Positions 1 to 11,751 of a stretch of DNA of 64,000 bases are shown here, in pieces; the first letter of the stretch is position 1; each line of letters starts with the position of its first letter. Below the pieces are notes generated by a model, which worked only from the letters and a program-made list of their open reading frames with translations, made no database searches and was not told where the DNA came from. The stretch is from Squalus acanthias (Eukaryota). A program made the position numbers and the translations under genes. The stretch lies in the NCBI GenBank assembly GCA_030390025.1, contig CM059433.1, positions 10,666,001-10,730,000 on the forward strand. The letters run 5' to 3'.

Positions 1-47
1 TCACACGTGCGGAATGGCCACTCGAGGGGCGGCTGGTGCCTGTGGAT

Positions 48-320
48 CCGTACCCCAGTGAGAGCTGTGCCAGTGAACCATACCCCAGGGTTTCAGTGCC
101 AGGGTAACTGCACACCAGGGAGAGTCAGTGCCCACAGAACCGTACCCCAGCGAGAGTCAGTGCCAGGGGAATCATAGCCCAGAGTTTCAGTGCCAGGGTA
201 ACTGCACCCCAGGGAGAGTCAGTGCCCACAGAACTGTACCCCAGCGAGAGTCAGTGCCAGGGGAATCATAGCCCAGCGAGAGTTGTTGCTGGGGAAACGC
301 ACCTCGGCGAGACTCAGTGA
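48..320 (+). repeat. Minisatellite (~31-bp units, ~94-bp higher-order repeat) inside an old SINE-like repeat
   Basis: Unit ~gtgccagnggaaccgtaccccagcgagagtca; block starting tttcagtgccagggtaactgcac at 91 recurs at 185. Confidence 0.8.
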
Positions 321-600
321 CTTCGGGGGGAGCAGAGGGGAAAAAGCAAACAAAAAATGTTTTTGAGATTATTATATTGGGGAAGAGGAATTCCCCTTTA
401 ACTACTGAGCTACTTGCATGTACGCTGTCCTTTAAGAGGTGTGCTGCTGACCTTGCTGACGTTTCGGTCCGAAGCGTTCACATTGTTTGTCAGGAGCTGA
501 AACTCGCTGATCCGGGTCCTTTCTTCCTTCACGCGGATCGAGAAGATCCTTTAAATTTCAGACAGAAGGCCAGCCCCAGGAATCCCCTCTTGTCTCCGAG

Positions 601-763
601 TCACGGGGAGGTCAGCACCACCTGGGTGAGCTTCAGGAACGGTCTGTCGACGGGCAGGCCATTGGGCAGGTAGATCCACACCATAAAGCAGCAGTACGTC
701 CCGTCGTTGGGTTGTAGCATAGCCACCACGTTCCGACTTACTGCAGGCAAATCTGGAGGCAGC
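601..763 (-). CDS. Probable terminal coding exon of an unidentified host gene (xLPPDLPAVSRNVVAMLQPNDGTYCCFMVWIYLPNGLPVDRPFLKLTQVVLTSP*)
   Basis: Minus-strand acceptor ctttcatttctcag|G, phase 2; strong G/C third-position bias; TGA at 601-603; unique non-TE sequence. Protein not recognised. Confidence 0.55.
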
Positions 764-814
764 CTGAGAAATGAAAGTGCGCAGCGGCGAGGCGTGAAAG
801 TGAAGTTGTTTTCT

Positions 815-918
815 CTTGAGTTGCCAGCACCAGCGTTCGGGAGAAGAATCGCTGATTTTGGGAGATTCCCGCCCAAAGTGGTGGGGGGTGGTGGTGGGCG
901 GGGGCTTGGCAACCCTTA
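815..918. mobile_element. Degenerate small hAT-like MITE (TAGGGTTGCCA-type ends)
   Basis: gagttgcca at left, tggcaaccctta at right. Confidence 0.35.
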
Positions 919-1016
919 GAGGAGATGGAGGAGAAAATTAGGAAAAGAAAAAAAGACTGTGAGTGCATGCCAGCACCATCCTTCATAATAAGTAAAAGTG
1001 AGCTTGTCGGCACTCT

Positions 1017-2554
1017 GGGGCGATTTCCCCCAGATACTGCAGGGCTAAAGACCCTCCCATGTGGCTAAGCTGGGGTCTTAAGCTGAAATGCTGGTTTAGC
1101 CCGTGTTTAGCGCAAGATGCCATCTTGGTAAAGGAGTTGAAGCCAGCGCTGGGAATGGCCGCCCAGAGTCTCGTTAAGGGGTTGATTGCCACTTAAAATG
1201 CCTGCTAACGCTCATTGAAGAGGCTGCTCGGCATTTTGCTGGCTGGCGTTTGTCCTAACGCCCTCTCCTAACAGCGACCAGCTGTTTGGGAGTAAACGCA
1301 GCGTTGATGTAGATTTCGAGCTCTACTTAAAGGGATACTCACCATTTCATGCTCACTAGTGTGTCAGCTGTGGCTCAGTGGATAGCACTCTCTCGCCTCG
1401 GAGTCAGAAGGTTGTGGGTTTCAGTCCCACTTCATGGGACTCACGCACATAAAGCTAGGCTGACACTCCAGTGCAGTGCTGAGGGAGTGCTGCACTGTCA
1501 GAGATGCTGTCTTTCGGATGAGACGTTAAACCGAGGCGCCGTCTGCTCTCTCAGGTGGACGTAAAAGATCCCATGGCACTATTTCGAAGAAGAGCAGGGG
1601 AGTTCTCCCCGGTGTCCTGGGGCCAATATTTATCCCTCAATCAACATAACAAAAACAGATTATCTGGTCATTGTCGCATTGCTGTTTGTGGGAGCTTGCT
1701 GTGCGCAAATTGGCTGCCACGTTTCCCACATTCCAACAGCGACTATACTCCAAAAAGTACTTCATTGGCTGTAAAGCACTTTGAGACGTCCTATGGTCGT
1801 GAAAGGCGCTATATAAATGCAAGTCTTTCTTTACTTGCTGCTGGAGCTGTGAAGAGGACCTCTGAAACACATCGGGAGACTTTCTGGGACACATTGTCAA
1901 GACTTCACCAACACTCCAGCAACATTTATTCCAGAAATTCTCTGAGGGCTTCACCTAAAGAGAGTGAGTGCTGTGCTACTCCACCTTACTGGACACATAT
2001 AGGAGTCACCAGGAGAAAGGGGAGTGCTTGGTCATGGGTATCTTGCTCGAGGCCCCCCTTGGTCTGGACGAGGAATGGGAGGAGGACATGAGGCCAGGCA
2101 GAGCAGCACCAGCTGCTGCAGGAGAGAGGGGCAGGAGCGCCAGGAGGGCGAGGTGGGCTCCTTCCTCCCCCCTGCGGGAGCAGGACATCCCTCGTCCCCT
2201 GGACCTCCTCCACCAGGACATCCAGTACCGCATCCGAGAACCCGTGCACCCTCTCCCTCAGGTCCCTGAGCCATCCTGCAGCGTGCCGCTGTGTGCCAGC
2301 CAGAGCACTCCAGACCTTCAGTGGAAGCGGGTGCGAGGAACCCACATATACTGCTCCACCAAAATTGCGTCTAATCAGCGCTTGACTGCTACAGCTGCAG
2401 GTGTCTGGTTTAGTACCCACAAGCAAGTTCAAATTATGGTAATCAGCAATTAGGACCAAAATGGTGTACTAAATCCAGACTTTCAAACAGGCGTGTCTTA
2501 TTAGCACAGCAACCATTTAGTGCCTGGTTTCACCCTTTGGCCAAAATAGCCCCC
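1017..2554. mobile_element. Internally deleted PIF/Harbinger derivative, with a SINE inserted at 1361-1832
   Basis: GGGGCGATTT...AAAATAGCCCCC ends; minus-strand Myb/SANT N-terminus RERVHGFSDAVLDVLVEEVQGTRDVLLPQGGGR (~2165-2270) abuts a plus-strand putative transposase N-terminus MGILLEAPLGLDEEWEED. Confidence 0.65.
1361..1832 (+). mobile_element. tRNA-headed Deu-domain SINE (SacSINE1-like), full length
   Basis: A box tggctcagtgg, B-box-like segment, Deu core ctttcggatgagacgttaaaccgagg...aaagatcccatggcactatttcgaag, tail gcgctatataaatgcaagt(cttt)n. Confidence 0.9.
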
Positions 2555-2813
2555 TCCAGTTTTAAGTAACACCAGGAAATTTGGTACCTGTTTAGAGGCC
2601 TTCAGAGTGGGAAGTTAGCAAGCTGGGAAAGCAAACAATTAACTGAGATTGATGGGAACTTGGACTTTGACTCATATTAATTAAACCTGTACAGTGTAAG
2701 ACAAAAGTTTGTGAAAGCATCTTTTGACCCACTTTCGGGATACTTGCTTACTGAATTGGTGCTGATGTGTCAGAGAACAGCTTTCATGTGTAAGTGTTAC
2801 CTCCTGAGTCATT

Positions 2814-3551
2814 GGCCCAAAAATGAGTGCCGCTACGCGAGAGTACGCACTGTGTACTCTCGCGTATTCTGTCTCCAATTGCCGGTTTTCTGCATGCACT
2901 GCGCATGCGCTGAAAACCGGCACTTGGTGAATGGAAAAGGGGGCGGGTCCTAGGTGAACCGCGTGCGCGCTACAGGCTGCGCGCACGCTGTGCACTTAGT
3001 GGTTTCAACGCGCAGGTAAGTACGGAAGATTCTACACATAAAAAAAGGAGTAAGACCCACTTTTAACAAGGTAAGTAGTGAATTAAGTATTATTTTGAAT
3101 TTTTTTTAACAGGTATATCTTTTTTAGAGACTTTAAAGACAGGTAAGTTTATTTTTATAACTTTTTAAAAGATTTTAAATTTTTTCAAAAATTTAATTTT
3201 TTATTTAAAATGGTTAATTTATTTAACTATACTTATTTTATTAATGTGATGGTTTTTTTTAATTTAATTGAGGTTTAGCGGTTCTTTTGGGGGGCTATAG
3301 TATTCATAACTTTCACAGCACTTATGTGAAAGTTATGAATGGAAGATGGTGTGCTGCCATTGGCTCTAACTGAGTCACGTGATCCCACAGCTCGCACGAA
3401 TTAACTACGCCGGTGGGATACGCAAGCCCAGCACAGCAGCTGTCCAGAACATCAAGTTCGTGCGAGCTGGAACTGAAAAAGCCAACGCGGAGTGAGAGAT
3501 CGCGGGGAGGCCTTACCCTCGCACGAAGGCTTCCTCACGAATTTTTGGGCC
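2814..3551 (+). mobile_element. Multi-hairpin non-autonomous DNA transposon (Harbinger-like), copy 1
   Basis: TIR GGCCCAAAAAT/ATTTTTGGGCC; flanks ATT/AAT; colinear with 47547-48309. Confidence 0.8.
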
Positions 3552-6404
3552 AATAATCTGAGCATTTCTGCATTTCCTCCCTGACATTTTAGGGTTAAGG
3601 TTTAAGCTCCAGACAGTCACACATTACTAGGCCCACACCTAATTTAGTTTAGTTCATGGGTAATGACCAACAATCTGTTTGTTCCCTTGTACCAGCTTAG
3701 GTCGATACCAGTGCCAGTAATGTCAATTTGATGACTGCCTTCTTAAAACCAGAGGGCACTTCTCAGCAGATGTGCAGATTTGGCTCAGATTGAATTCACT
3801 GCTTCATTACTGATCAAAGAACCAGCTTCTTCAAGGGCACTGTGGCTACTTTTATAACGTTAACATGGTACAAATGTGTAAATTGCTTGGCACCAACATA
3901 CTCAGTAGAATGACGCTCGTTGCATCTATCTCAACTGGCAATCCTTTTATGGAGTGTAGAATGATTCCAACAATCCCTGGCGTGATCAGTAAGCGCTAAT
4001 TTTAACAAACCAAGTTTTCCTAATCTGAGCATTTCAGCACCGCTCACAATTTAAGTTAAAACGATTCAATACACAGCATGATCCGCTTAATATAATTGAA
4101 TTTCCCTAAAACCCTACCAGGTCATTTCTTAATTATTTGGAAACGGCAGCTCTAAGATGTAACGCATTTTAATGTCCTAGATTGCACAGAGTTTTGGTGC
4201 CCAGATTGAAGTAGCAGAACCTGAGACACAGTCACTGATCAATCGCCGACTGCCGTCACCTTCCGTGAAACCCTGCACTTGCGCCACGACTTCCTGGAAG
4301 CACTGGTCACGCGGAGCCCACGGCAAACTGCGCGTCCTGAAACCGCCGAGAGCCACTTAGACCAGCAGCTTGGAAAACACATTTCTCCTGGGCCTTCTGA
4401 GTCGACAGTCTTAGTGAGTCCCCGGCAATTTTATATGTGACTTACAGTCAATCCTGCAGGATTCGCTCCTCCGGGAATGAATTGCACTGGCATGGATGGA
4501 TCTGATGCAGTGTGAAAGCACTCAGTAATTTATTGAATGGAGCGGTTCCACTTTACATGACTGATTCTCAGTGAACCACCCCCGTAGGAGTGTTTGTACC
4601 TGCATATATATCACAATTGTTATACGTATATCAGGTGTTGCATTGCAAATCTTTTTTTTTAATTGAGAAAACCGAGACGAAAGGCCAAAGCCTATAATGC
4701 AGGACATCAAGCAAGGTCGAACAGAGTAGAAGAGATGAGGTTAATCAAGAAGCAGTGGTTAGATGATATCAAGATTGTAGGAGGAAGAGAAGAATGGCAG
4801 AAGTAAGGAGGTTTATATGCATGCGCTTTGTTTATTGTGCTTCTGACTCATTACTTCCTGTGCTATCTCAAAAACACCAGTTCTTTCCTTTCCCTTACTT
4901 TATCATCTTGAATGTATTGTCACGGTATTATCTTAGGTGAATGTTATCAATGACAAATATGAAGTTCTCCCATTGTCCCACTTCCAAGATGACCTTTGGA
5001 GTTCCACTGACATCACAGATACAGATACAGATTTTAGTGGATGGTGTGATGTGCCATCAGATCAGGCGCCTCCTGTTCTGGGCTGTTGTAGTGTCCCAAC
5101 GTAAGTGAGCAGGTGGCTCCATACCATCCCACTCTGCGTGTATTATGACATCGCATGCCGTTACATCATGTTGTCTGGCCTCGTCGCATGAATTGACCTC
5201 CGACAGGTCTACAGCAAGAACTGCATCACAGAAAAAAGCAATTTGAAGAATTGCTCATGGACATCATCTGCAAGAACCTTATCAAGATAAAAAGGACCTA
5301 CAGACAGTGCTTGAAACATGCAATGCCTGGAGTTAACGTGAAAGGGAATTCACTGGGATTTTCCATTATTATATCTTGAGATTAGTACCAGCATGAACCC
5401 ACTCCGCAGGTGAGTTTGCCTTTTGGTCAGAATGGATTACATGGCATGTATGCTCGATTATGGTTCCCCAGCCACAGACAGTCGTCTGGTACTCAGCCCA
5501 AGTGGATGTTCCACATTTGTAAGCCTGGACACTGAGTGCGGGCTACAGGGACATCACAATCCTCCCCTCACCCAGTAGGGTCACTAAATAGTGATTGGGA
5601 GTGGGAAAGTTGTTTTGCCTTTCTACGGGTCAAATGCTATGCCTCGAGGCTTGCAGCGGCTGCGATCAGCTAACACGACGCACACCAGTGACCATCCTGG
5701 TCTGGATGGCTCAGTATGGAAGAGGGTGCTTGTATTTGCTCACTGAATCACTGGAGGAGCTTCCAAGTGAAAAATAAAAACCTTGTGTGAATTATCTGCT
5801 CATCGAGATAAAGAATATTAATGCCAGGAGTGGTGCATTTCCCCCCCATTTTTGTGACCGAGTGATTTATTTTCTTTCATCTGATAATTTCGCAAAAAGG
5901 TAGGTGTGCGTAGGAAGTGGGAAAAAGGCTGTACAGCTCGATGACTTCCTATGCTTGTGACAGCGTCATCCTGACAGATAAAGAGAAAACAGTGGTAAAA
6001 AATCATCAGATCAATGATCCCAAGGCCTTGTGTGCCTGTTCTACCAGGACTGAAGCCTTTTTCCGGATCACCTACTTCTACTATTGAAATGTGCATGTGC
6101 ATGCATATGTGAGCATGTTTGGGGATGGGGGGCAAGAAAAAGCTGAAGGGGAAAGGAAGGTATTTAAAAAAAATGTTTACTTGTAAGAATCAAAATATAA
6201 TTTTACTGACATGGGAAGGAGCAGAAAGGTTTGGCTATGAAGTCGGCAGGAACCATGTGTCATGGCCACACTTTATCATGACAGCTAAGTGAATTCGGGA
6301 GTGGTGTCTGGTGTCCTTGCCATCATAACACTAGTTTTCTTTTAAATCGACTTTTTGACATTTATAATGGGGGCTAAGCCATGCAATAAGTGATGGATGA
6401 TATT

Positions 6405-7445
6405 TACCCCAGAGTGCTGAGATAGATTAGTGAGGAGATTTGCAAGGTGCCGACAATCATTATCAAGGAGTCAATAGATACTGTGGAGGTACAGTAGATC
6501 GCAAATACAATAATGCGGTGCCCATATTCAAAAAGAGCGAGTAAACAGACATGGGCAGCTACAGGCCCATTAGTCTTACTTCAATTCTCCATTAAAAAAA
6601 CAGAATTGTTTATCAGAAGTAAACTTGAGGACTATTTGTACAACAAAAATCGAGTAAACATGGCTTCAGATGGGGGAAGGTCCTGCCTGACCAATCGCCT
6701 TGACTCCTTTGAGGAAGTGATAACCTAAGTTGACTAGTAAACCTTACGACATTGTGTGCTTAGACATCCAAAAGGCATTGATAAAGTTCCACATGGACGG
6801 TCACTATTTAAGCTCAAAGCTGTGGGAATTTAAGGCGTGGATATAAAATTGGCTGGAGGATGGAAAGCAATGGGTACTGGCCAGAGGGTAATGTCAGGTT
6901 GTGGGGGGCAGGGAGGGGTGCGGTGAGGGAAGGTACTGAGTGGGGTGCTGCAGGGCTCACTATTGGGACCAATGCTGTTTCTAATTTATATCAATGAATT
7001 TGATTCAGAGTGTGGGCAGGGGGACGCTGGCGGGGGCAGGGGGGGGGGTGCGCTGGCGGGGGTGGGGGTGGAAATTGGACCTTGTTGTATCCATTTTTTA
7101 AGAGATTGAAAAAGACCCAGGAGTCTCACTACACTCAACACTAAATGTGTCTGATCAATGCAGGGTAGTAATCAACAACACCAATAGATTGTCGAGCTAC
7201 ATAGCCAGAACAGTCAGGGGGAGTTGTGGTCAAACTGGTCAGACCACACCCTGAGCATTGTGTCCAGTTCTGGTTGCCGAGCTACAAGGGAAACAGTCAA
7301 GTGCTGGAAACAGTGCGGAGAAGAACCATGAGACTGATCACTAATGTCAGGGGTCTGGGTTACGAGGAAAGACGAGAGGGACTTGGGCTTTAGCCGAGAA
7401 AGGAAGCATCTCAGAGATGATCCAATAGCTATACGTGATAGTAAT
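6405..7445 (+). mobile_element. Old degenerate CR1 LINE RT fragment (further CR1 3' piece at 7880-8012)
   Basis: GRSCLTNRLDSFEEV, aaaggcattgataaagttccacat, cagggctcactattgggacca; many stops and indels. Confidence 0.8.
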
Positions 7446-7459
7446 GATACAACATTGCA

Positions 7460-7865
7460 ATGGCTCCCTCTCCTCAGATACTGTTCCCTCCCTTTCCCTC
7501 CCTTTCAAATCTGCGTCTTCAAAAAACCCACCTTCATCCCCTGTGACCTAGCAAAGAACCAGCCCATCTCCAACCTCCCTTTCCTCTCCAAAGTCCTTGA
7601 ATGTATTGTCGCCTCCCAAATCCGTGCAATTTTCTCCCACAACTCCATATTTGAATCTTTCTAATCAGGTTTCCACCCCTGCTCCAACACTGAAACGACC
7701 CTAATCAAAGCCACATATGACATCCTTGTGACTGTGATCATGGTGCACGATCCCTCTTCATCTTCCTCGACCTCTCTGTAGCTTTTGACACAGTCAGCCA
7801 CACCATCCTCCTCCAATACATCTCCTCCGTTGTCCAACTCTTTGGGACTGCCGTTGCTTGGACCT
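7460..7865 (+). mobile_element. L2 LINE RT fragment
   Basis: PISNLPFLSKVLECIVASQI followed by SGF/TET and LDLSVAFDTV-type motifs. Confidence 0.8.
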
Positions 7866-8014
7866 ACTCTTCTCTTCAAACTGGTAGAAGTTTGGAACTC
7901 TCTTCCGCAAACAGCAGTTGATGCTAGGTCAATTGTTAGTTTTAAATCTGAGATTGATAAATTTTTGTTAATCAAAAGTATTTAGGGATAAGGGGCAAAT
8001 GTGGGTATATGCAT

Positions 8015-8519
8015 GGGGGATAAATTCGGTATCGGCCATTTTGGGGCGCTAACATCGCCTGGGCGCTAACTTTAGCGTCTGGTGCTAATTAGCGCCGGTG
8101 ACCGCAAAATTGAGTTTTAGCGCCCCAAGAGGGAAGTGAAGCGCTAAATCAAGCGCTGCACTTCCTTCTTAGAGCGCTAACGTCGGAGAGCGGGGCGGAG
8201 ACTTCAGCAGCGTTGCACACTGGGCCGTGCAGCGCCGCCGCGTTCAAAGGCTCCTTCCCTCCCTTAAAGGGAAGGCCCATCGCTGCAGGCTCTGCAATTT
8301 AAAAAGTACCTACCTGGACCACCAAGGCAGCCGTGATCCCGTGCGATCAGCCCAGCACACAAGCAGAGTGCCAGGCTGATCAATCGCGGGCAGGAACCCG
8401 CGAAAAAAACTAGAACAGGAAAGGTACGTTTTTTTTTTACTTACCTCGGCCACCTTGCCTTTAATCATTGCCCCCGAAGTGGCCGGCCGCCCTATGCACG
8501 CCTCCTGCAGCTAAAAGTG
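8015..8519. mobile_element. Truncated GCGCTAA-rich Harbinger-type MITE (left arm)
   Basis: GGGGGATAAATTCGG end; repeated gcgctaa/ttagcgc; related to 8523-9415 and 29365-29748. Confidence 0.7.
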
Positions 8520-8522
8520 TTA

Positions 8523-9415
8523 GGGGTAGAAATTAGGTCGCGCCCCATTTGGAGCGCAAATATCGTCCGGACGCAAATCTTAGCGCCTGGCGCTAATTAT
8601 CGGCACTGACAGGAAACTTCACTTTTACCGCCCCGGGAGGTGAGTGGAGCGCTAAAGCAGGCGCTGCACACCTCTCTTAAGGCGCAAAGGCCGAGCAGTG
8701 AGGCGCTAACTCGGAGCGCTGGCGAAGCTCATGTAATGTCAGTCAGCAATGGAACACACACACAATGGCACGGGCCAGTTCTTAAAGGGGATGGTTAATC
8801 TTGCTTTCCATCCACATCCTGTTCATTGCTGCCTTGAATCTCGGCCTGGAGAGACTTGCACATCAAATGTGCTGGAAAGAACAATGGAGAGCACCAGGCA
8901 AAGAGCTCAGAGTGCAGCTCCCACGGTCTCTGCTAAATCGATACAAGGAATGGCAAATCAAAATGAACCTGCAAAGTGCTGCTCAGTACCCAAAACTCCT
9001 TCACACAACGTTGAATCTCTCCAGAAGTCTCTCCCTCTCTCTCTCAGAATGCGTAGTTCAAAAATGCCACCAACAATAAAAGACAGGAAGAGGACCCCTT
9101 TAAATAGCACCCCCCCCAGCCCCACAGCGATTGATAGCGTTCCAGTCTTCTGGTCGTTGGAAGCGCCAGGCGGTAAGGCAGGGGGCGCCACTCAATTTCC
9201 GCTACGGGGCGCCCCAAGGGCGTTGCACCATGGAATGACGTCACAATCTGCGCGCGCATGTGGTCGCAGCGGTAAGTTTTAGCGCCTCCGCACAATCTCA
9301 AGTTAAGTTCTCGAGCGGCGCAAACATCGCTGCGCCCGGGCGTTAGCGGCTTTGCGCCCCATTAGCGCCCTCTTAAGGCGCTAACGGGTGGCGCAACCAA
9401 GTGAATTTTTACCCC
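8523..9415. mobile_element. Complete Harbinger-type non-autonomous element with TTA TSD
   Basis: tta|GGGGTAGAAATT ... AATTTTTACCCC|tta; subterminal gcgctaa/gcgcaaa arrays. Confidence 0.85.
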
Positions 9416-9429
9416 TTAGAGTTAGTGCC

Positions 9430-10454
9430 TTAAAGGTTGAATTCCCACAATGTAAAATTGAAAAGGAGCAAATGTGTTGTTGTGCAGCCCGAGGTTGTGT
9501 ACCTTGGTCTGAAAGTTGATGCAAATGACTTGCAACCAGTTAAGGAAAAGGTTAATGTAGTCATCAATGTTCCAAAGCCACAGAGCGTGTCTGAGTTAAG
9601 ATCTTTCCTTGGAATGGTCCAGTACTACGCATGTTTCTTACCTGAGTTAGTGACCATGTTAGCTCCATTGCACGAGCTCCTCAAGAAGGATGTCCAGTGG
9701 AAGTGGACGAAAGCGCAACAGGAAGCTTACGACACTTGTAAGAGAAGTCTCTCTAGCGATGCTCTACTTGTGTACTACAACACAGAGCGTGAGCTTAAGT
9801 TAGCGTGTGATGCTTCTAGCTATGGTGTGGGAGCTGCCATAAGCCACGTAATGGATGATGGCCAAGAGAAACCAATCGCGTTCGCATCGCGAACCCTCAA
9901 AGAGTGAAAGAAACTACACGCAAATTGAAAAGGAAGCACTCGCAATAGTGTTTGGAATCAAAAAATTCCAACAGTTCCTGATCGGCAGAAAGTTTACCCT
10001 GATAACCGATCACAAACCGCTCCTAGCAATATTGGGGCCCAAATCTGCCATCCCTGCAATGGCCGCATCAAGAATGCAACTTTGGGCAGTGTTGTTGTCA
10101 CAATATGACTACACGATTGAATATCGCACTTCAAAGCAAAACACAATCGCAGATGCTTTGTCCAGGTTGCCACATGAAGACTCATGTGTTGGGAGTGAAG
10201 GTGAGATTTTCAAGTTAGGTGCAGTTGACAAAGACTTTCCCTTGAATGCAACTGAGATTGTAGATGAGACTCAAAAGGACTCAGTTCAGACTTCAGAAAC
10301 TGAAGAACCAGGTTCAAACAAATCTGAGATAGAAACAGGATCATCTTTGAGTTCGGAACCAAAACTAAACAGCCCGAAAATTGGTTCAACACCAAAACCT
10401 TTTGTAAGGAGATCAGGAAGGCTCCACAAACCTGTTATTAAACTGGATTTGTAG
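9430..10454 (+). pseudogene. Gypsy/Ty3 pol remnant: RT C-terminus and RNase H, integrase deleted
   Basis: LRSFLGMVQYY, LACDASSYGVGA, ERNYTQIEKEALAIVFG, LITDHKPL, ADALSRLP; frameshift near 9900; jumps to terminal RRSGRLHKPVIKLDL*. Confidence 0.92.
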
Positions 10455-10592
10455 TTCATTTGTAGTTAATTTAAAAGAAAAAAAAGCCAGGAGTTTTTGT
10501 TATGTGGTACATGTAATGCTGGGAAAGGTGGGACCATAGTTTTGTTGTATTTGAGAGGGGAGTATGTACATTTTTTTTAAAGGGGAAAGCAG

Positions 10593-10726
10593 TGTAATGT
10601 ATTATCACATGGTTTGTCATGTGGTTTAGTATGAGCATGCTCAGTTCATTCTGGCCTAGTAAAGCAAGTACATGGACTAGCAACTGGTGCCTCTGCCCTT
10701 CATTTGTTCTACCCACATATATTACA
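10593..10726 (+). mobile_element. 3' LTR (134 bp) of the Gypsy remnant
   Basis: Polypurine tract aaaggggaaag immediately before TGTAAT...ATTACA inverted termini. Confidence 0.8.
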
Positions 10727-11751
10727 CTCATCTATAAGTATCCTGTGATCTTGCGATTAACACATCAGTTATTTGTTGAGCTAACCGCATGAAATTTCTG
10801 TGTATTCAGGGATATGAGAATTAAATATCAAGATTGGAATTCTGCTGGAGCTTCCCAGTTTCACTTGTGTTATCATTTCCCGACAGAATCCGAAGTTTTA
10901 TTGATTTTTAAAAAAATTGTTCTCGGCACGTGAGCAAGTTCGACAAAGCCGCATTAATTGCCGTATTTGCAGCAGCCCTGAGAAGGTGGTGGTGGAGTGC
11001 CTTCTCCTTGAACCAGTGCAATCCTTCAGGCGATGGCGCTCCCACAACGGCATTAGACAGGAGAGGCCAGCATTTTCACCCAGTGATGATGAAGAGCAAT
11101 GGCAAGCGGGGTCCAGGTCAAACGACTTGGAAGGGAACTTGGAGCTGATGATGTTCCTGTGATGTTGTTGCTCTTGTCCTTTGTTTTTTTTTGCCAGTCG
11201 TCCTATTTTAAGTCTGCCCTCTTACTGAAAAGGAACAAACTCAAGCGCATGCATTAGAGACACTGATTAGGAATACATATTCCTGGCTTGATTATCTGGG
11301 ATGAACAAACGCTCACTGAAGCCTTCATTAGAAACATGCTGAGAGTCACGATAGAGTGGCAGACAGCTAAATGGCAGTGTCCAAATTAGGACCCACGCAG
11401 GAATATTCTGAATTAGCATGATAAATATGTACTCACTAGAGGTCCTTCAGGTATAATTCAACATCATAAAAAATATCCATTTCGGTTCAATGCTTTTAAC
11501 ACCATCGATGCGTGTATTATTTTTCCTGAGTAAGTTAATTGCTGTGTATCTTTAGTCCTCAAAGTGTGTCATCACCTATTCAGATGTCTCTCCTAGAGGT
11601 CACTCAGTGTAGATCAGTGTGTAATCAAGCTGGGATTCAGTGTTGTCTATTTTTAAATAATTGTTGTAATAGCAGAATAGCCTCATATTTTGAAGATTTT
11701 TATAGCAGAGGAAGAAAGAGGGGCCTGGAGCTCTTCATGCATATCATTTTT

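Noticed and set aside
742..763. 22-nt micro-exon using the internal GTAAGT
   Set aside because: The downstream sequence is more coding-like than intronic; not excluded as an alternative donor
1361..1435. tRNA genes at SINE heads
   Set aside because: A/B boxes are embedded in SINE bodies with no complete cloverleaf
5818..5970. Possible terminal exon DDAVTSIGSH...HHSWH*
   Set aside because: Good acceptor, but no recognisable protein, codon bias or linked exon; similar pseudo-exons occur at ~4600-4691, ~28906-28955 and ~32167-32234
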